A stretch of 64,000 nt of DNA from Eledone cirrhosa (taxonomy: Eukaryota): contig OZ024740.1 of NCBI GenBank assembly GCA_964016885.1, positions 156,860,001-156,924,000 of the forward strand. The letters run 5' to 3'. Of this stretch, positions 58,206 to 64,000 are shown piece by piece; position 1 is the first letter of the stretch; every line of letters starts with the position of its first letter. The notes under the pieces are model-generated. The model did no database searches, was not told where the DNA came from, and worked only from the letters and a program-made list of their open reading frames with translations. The position numbers and the translations under genes are program-made.

Positions 58206-60154
58206 TTACCTTACTTCTTGTAGAGGAAGGATAGTTTGTCCATCCTTTTCACTGCATGTGGCCTCCTCCGGAAGGATGTCCTTATAAATCCTCCTGGAGA
58301 GTGTTTGTCGGAAGTCTCTGATGCCTTTGGGGAATTTTTGTTTTAGTGTCGTGTACGTTTTCTGTGTGATGCAAGTGGTTTGTATGTGTGGAGGTTGTGT
58401 GAACTTTTGGGTTGTTGTGTAGTCTTTTTCTGTGATGCTCGTGTTGTGTTGCATGTAGTGTAATAATTGGTTGTTGTTCAAATTTAATGCTGTGTAGTGT
58501 GTATCGTTTTGGTTGTTTTGTTTTGTTTGCGTTTGTTGTGGGTTTGTTTCTGTTACGCTTTTTGGTGACTTTTGTGGTGTTGGTGATGGTGGTGTTGGGG
58601 TTAATGATGGTGATGGTGTTGGTGTTTGTGGTGATGGGGTTGTTGATGCTAGTGTGGATGGTGGCATATCTGTCTTAACTTTCTTGTTCGATAATTTATT
58701 TGTTTCCTTCTGTATTTTGTTTTTTGAGGGGGAAGGAAGAGAATTTTTTCTTTTTTGGTTTCTTTTTTTTTTCCTTTTTTCCTGATACCGTTTCCCACTC
58801 CTCGTCGTCACAATCTGTCTCCAGTTGCGATAAGCCGGGGAGTGGAAACTCCTCCACAGGCGTTGGTTTTGGTTGTGGCGTGGTGGATGGTGTAGGCGCT
58901 GGTGCTAGTTCTGTGGCTTTGGGTGGTGGTGGTGTTGGTTTTGTTACTGTTGCTGGGGTTGTTGCTGTTACAGTTGCTTCTGTTGTTGCTGCTACAGTTG
59001 TTGCTGCTATTTCTGCTGCTGGTGGTGTTGATGGTTGAGTCACTGGGGTGGGTAAGAGGGGTGGCCTCAACCTTTTAGCCTGAGGGCAGAAAGCCCTTAG
59101 GTGGGTTCCTTCACCACAAACGACACACCTAGGTCTTCTGCCCTCGACGATTACGGTGAGGTGGCTGCCGTCAGTGAGGTCTATTACCTCTGGGATCCCC
59201 TCAATGCTTTTATGGTCCGCTTGGATCAGGAGCTCCATCCCAGATCCGGACCAGTTCTCTTGCTTTTCTTTTGCTATTTCTATTATTTTGGTGTTGGCTT
59301 CGATGCCGGCGAGGACGGCAGCCATTAGCCAAGGAATTTTGATTGCCGGTGGAACGTGGGTCACCCTGATCTTCACAAGTCTCTGGCCACAATAGCTTGG
59401 GATGAGTGTGAAGTCGTCACTTCTTAATGGGGCCATGGAGTGTTCTCTGGCCTCCTGTGGTGTTTCAAAGAACACGTCCACGGTTCCATACTTCTGCCCT
59501 CGTCTGATGTGGGTTTTTTCTTCCCACACATGTCCCAAAGCTTTTTGGATTTGGGACTCAGATGCCCGTTCCACTCGGCGCAATTTTATGTTTATTGTCC
59601 GATAAGACACGGTGCATAGGCGACGTTGCTCCATTTTATTAGGGGGGGGTGAGGCTGACCCTGTACCCATCTTTCTTTACCATTCCTTTGGTTTCGTCTA
59701 ATTCTTCCTGAGTTACCTGGATCGCTTCGCACGTTTTTGCTACTCTGGCAAAACTCAGGGTAGTTTTCTTAATTTCATTGTTGCTGTTGTTATTATCGTT
59801 ATTTTTGCTATTGTTAATTTTAGTTTCAGTTGTGGTGATGGTGGCGTCAGTGGTGTTCGGTGTGGAAGAGTTCATTTTGGTTGAATTCATTTCGATATCA
59901 TGAGTTAATTTATTTTTTTCTTTTGTTTCTCTTGTCGCTGTGGTGGTGGTGGGGGTGGTGGTTGTCGCGGTGGTGGTGGCGGCTTTAACACCTGCAGTCA
60001 TTGGTAATGGCGGGAAATGAACGTCTGCCTGAGACAAATTTAAAATATTGTTACTGCTTACAACTCCAGTGTTGGCAAACGTAGCAATATTTACAATGGT
60101 GGTGTCGGTGTGAGGTGTTGGATTGTGAGGAAGGAGTGAATCTGAGTCATCCAT
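58206..60154 (-). pseudogene. ORF1 split over three overlapping frames
   Basis: MDDSDS...; VEGRRPRCVVCGEGTHLRAFC; Pro/Thr-rich and Lys-rich segments; LKQKFP C-terminus shared with copy 1. Confidence 0.8.
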
Positions 60155-61491
60155 TATTTTTCAAATAAAAAAATGTTTGTTTGATAATTATAAAAAGTTT
60201 AAATTTTGGGCTCAAGGCCCCAATATTTTTTAGTGTCCTTTTAAGAAATCAATGTATGTGCACTTATATATAGTTAACAATAAAAATTTTCCATAAATGG
60301 CAATTTTAAATAACTGAAAATAACAAACCTTTGCGGAGCTCACGATGATACGATTTACTACGTAGGTCGCCAATAATAATAATAATAATAATAATTGTTC
60401 TACATTTGGCACAAGGCCATCAATTCAGTCATAATGTATCTAGAAACCAGTTACCTAATATGTTTTTCCCTTTTCTTAATGAGAATAAAATGTGGTTTGG
60501 AGGATTTGGCTGTTAAATTTATCAGATTGAATGACCTCGTTAAGGATCTTAGGTTAACTCGTTATGATCGGGGTTATTAGTGCCGAGAGAATTTATGATG
60601 ATTTCCAAAATGCTTCTATACAGATCAACGTACCGTAATCTGTAGATTTGCTTCTAATTGAAGAGCTGATTATCAAAATGTTAACAGCTTTTGTTAGGTG
60701 GCGTTACGAAGTCAAAATGACCAATTTAAAAAAATATCATATGAAACGTATGTTTATTTCATAATGTAATTATTTATTTTTATTGGCAAAACAAGTAAGC
60801 CACTGAAGCATTCTAAAATATCGCTTGTCAGCTTACGACCTGCAGCACAATTTAATTAATATAAATCGTGTTGACAAGCGGAGACACAAAACTCGGCCTG
60901 CTGATGAAAGGATGCTTCAGCTTCTAATAAGTATATAAACGTTGATTTGAGTATTTCTTTCTTGTTTGTGATTGTAATCTTATGTATGTATGTATGTGTA
61001 TGTATGTATGTGTGTATGTATGTATGTATATATATATGTGTACGTATGTATGTATGTATGTATGTATGTATGTATGTATGTATGTATGTATGTATGTATG
61101 TGTATATATATATATATATATATATAAATAAGCACATACACCCCCACATACACACATACATACATACACACATATATATGTGTGTATGTGTGTGTGAACA
61201 TAGATACAAGGCTGAGGTAATCAGCAGCAATACAAAAAAAGCTATGATCAAACAATTTTTGAAAGATGAAGCAACATCCAAGAGACAGATATTTCAACTA
61301 TTTTTAGATAGTTGAATGACTGAAAGATTCTGAAACATAGTTATCCAAATATATGTTATCTACGTCAGTATATATAGCTATAAATTATGTTTATAAGTAG
61401 TAGTGATATGGCTCCAAATTGACTGATTATTGAGAGGACAGAATTGTTTAGAAGGATTTGTAGTCATCTCATTTTTTATTTGTATAAATTG

Positions 61492-61582
<91 letters not shown>

Positions 61583-61855
61583 TATTGATCATAATATTAA
61601 CTAATGAAGATATTCATATAATCAAAATATATGCCCTATTATATATATTTGGAAGGTACTGTGTTGTTTTTTTCCAGTACGTCCTCGTTACATAAAATAT
61701 ATGATTTGATATATGACATACCTCCAGCGGCTTGATATTTCAATTCCAGTATTGGCAGTGATTTATTTCATCAAATCTCAATATTTATATACCACAAGTA
61801 ATAATATGATAAACTTAAAGAAGAAAAGGACGTGGAGCGAATTAGAGAAATTAGG

Positions 61856-61989
<134 letters not shown>

Positions 61990-62308
61990 ATTTATTTATA
62001 TTCATGCATACATAAATACATAAATACATACATCTATCTCTCTCTCAATATATATATACATACATGCATATACACATATACACAAGAACATTTACACAAG
62101 AAAATACACACACATATATGTACATACATCCATAAATGATACATACATCCATAAATGCATAGATACATAGATACCTCCATAAATACTACATGCATACATA
62201 AATACATTCATATACGCATACATGCATACAAACATAACACACACACACATACATACATACATACATACATACATACATACATACATACATACATACATAC
62301 ATACATAC

Positions 62309-64000
62309 AATGGCGACCGTTGTGGTCAGTGTCCGATAATTGGACGTGTGTAATTACGGCTTACATGAAGGCAACATACCATATATTGGAAAAAGTTGAG
62401 CTACATTACGCGGTAAGATTACATACAATAATTCTACATAAGTGTTTGAACTGTAAGTGTGTTGTAAAACACCTATTTATATGAACGATACATACACTTA
62501 TGATATATGAACGATACATACACTTTAACATATAAATGCAACGTTGTTATATTACATTTATAAAGAAATATAAAAGTAACGTTTTCGATTCAGAAACAAA
62601 AATATAAGTGTTTGAACTGTGAATGTTGTGAATATGTTGTAGAACACCTATTTATATGAATGATACATAAACTTTAACATATAAATACAGCATTGTTATA
62701 TTATATTACATTCGTAAAGGAATATACTAAGTAACGGTTCTTTTTGTTCTCGATTCAAACGATTCAAGAACAACGTTTAAAACACAGTTGTAGAATTAAA
62801 AACTAACTGAAAAGAAATATTACCCAAGCTGTGAATAACTTTAAATTTGATTCTGACAGAACTTTGTCGTAACTTTTAAAGAAGATCATCGACTATTTAA
62901 AAAAAATAAATACAAAATATTAGTGAATAGACGAACTCATCATGGCAAAAAGTACAAGTCTCCTTCGACCAAATCGCAATTACAACCGTTGTATACAGTG
63001 GAGCTACGAGCTTAACAAAGAATTATATGAAGCATACAAACAATCTGAACCCCAAAAGTTCGGTTTTATGCAAAGGCTAAAAACTTTATGGAACTCCAAA
63101 CACCCAGAATTAGACTTTTCTCCAAAGCATCTAAATGAACAGGCAAAACGTATCATTAGATGTAAATTGATACATCTAACGGAATCGAGTGATACTACAA
63201 ATACAGCCCTTGTAGACAACCACCCCACCTCCACTGACAGACAAAGAGAATGGCCGGCTAAATCTAACAGTGAACAGCTCACCAACAATTTTGCTGAAAT
63301 CCATCCCACTTCCACTGAAGAACAGCGAGAAAGGTCAGCTGACTCTAGTAGTAATTGTCACCACATCAACAACGAGGCTGCAATTCATGACTCTACTGAA
63401 CAAACAGAGCACCAAAAACTTGTGGGCACCCTACAAGTGATATGGAACGATATGTTTCAAGAGATACACAGCCTTAATGTGAGTGACAGACCATACAACA
63501 CTAGAGTCAGTAAAGAACCCACTAAATTGGAATTGGAAGCGGTGAACGAAATAGCTGGCAATTATCTGAAGGCTATACGATCTAAAGGTGTAGAAACGAC
63601 ATTTGAAACGCTCAATGTTTTGTTATATGTTTCAGCTGTCACATTGCTATCATATAACACACATCTAAAACCACGCAATCAAGATACAAACAGAAAGCCT
63701 GAACCAGCGTGGATGCGAAATTTAAAAACCAAAATTTTGTCCCTGAGACGAAGTATCTCACACATCGCAGTCGTTATGAAATGCAACATAGAGAGAAACT
63801 TCACACGACACCAGGAAGACCTAAAGAAAAAGTTAGAGAGACGATTTGGAGATACCAAATTTAAAACTTTGAACTCCAAATTACACCAGTTGAAACAACA
63901 ACTCACAGCTACAACAGAAAGACTAAAATATAAGTCAACAGCCCATAAACGACAAGTGCTAAATAGATTGTTTGCCAGAGATCCTAAATCAGTTTATCGC
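62309..64000 (+). mobile_element. 5' end of an R4/Dong-like non-LTR element
   Basis: Starts right after (TACA)n; ~630 nt putative 5'UTR with internal duplications, then a long ORF. Confidence 0.7.
62942..64000 (+). CDS. N-terminal region of an R4/Dong-like retrotransposon ORF (open to the window end)
   Basis: Hand translation found no stop: MAKSTS...WSYELNKELYEAY..GFMQRLKTLWNSKHPE..HLNEQAKRI..PAWMRNL..LKQQLTATTERLK..NRLFARDPKSVYR. Confidence 0.75.
   Translation, partial: MAKSTSLLRPNRNYNRCIQWSYELNKELYEAYKQSEPQKFGFMQRLKTLWNSKHPELDFSPKHLNEQAKRIIRCKLIHLTESSDTTNTALVDNHPTSTDRQREWPAKSNSEQLTNNFAEIHPTSTEEQRERSADSSSNCHHINNEAAIHDSTEQTEHQKLVGTLQVIWNDMFQEIHSLNVSDRPYNTRVSKEPTKLELEAVNEIAGNYLKAIRSKGVETTFETLNVLLYVSAVTLLSYNTHLKPRNQDTNRKPEPAWMRNLKTKILSLRRSISHIAVVMKCNIERNFTRHQEDLKKKLERRFGDTKFKTLNSKLHQLKQQLTATTERLKYKSTAHKRQVLNRLFARDPKSVYR

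Larger units (their letters stand above)
54550..60371 (-). mobile_element. Near full-length L1/Tx1-like retrotransposon, copy 2 (diverged relative)
   Basis: Same architecture as copy 1; bounded by (TAA)n; head-to-tail with copy 1. Confidence 0.9.

Noticed and set aside
49217-59605. Plus-strand ORFs over the Tx1-like elements (e.g. 50128-50718, 53625-54251)
   Set aside because: They are antisense shadows of the GC-rich minus-strand ORFs with no recognisable domains.

Overview
AT-rich eukaryotic (animal) DNA that looks intronic or intergenic and is dense with microsatellites ((TA)n, (CA)n, (TACA)n, (GA)n, (TAA)n, (TAG)n). The repeat content resembles octopus/coleoid genomes; that assignment is an inference. 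Most entries in the ORF track are microsatellite artefacts, and no host gene can be confirmed (there is one weak candidate exon near 47.7 kb). Recognisable content: two nearly full-length, head-to-tail L1/Tx1-like retrotransposons in (TAA)n (49-60 kb); R4/Dong-like RLE elements, including an apparently open ORF from 62942 to the window end that the ORF track missed; RTE fragments; a pogo/Tigger remnant; many tRNA-derived Meta-domain SINEs; and many Penelope-like element (PLE) 3' remnants inserted in (TA)n. The most interesting layer is in the PLE remnants. About 20 hammerhead ribozyme (HHR) motifs from roughly ten families can be read directly, including compensatory U3-A8 core variants and versions with long stem-II inserts. 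Most insertions are fold-backs made of two head-to-head 5'-truncated arms, often joined at the ribozyme. A GAGTRCTC motif is shared by the tails of otherwise unrelated families. Coordinates were read by eye and element boundaries are approximate.
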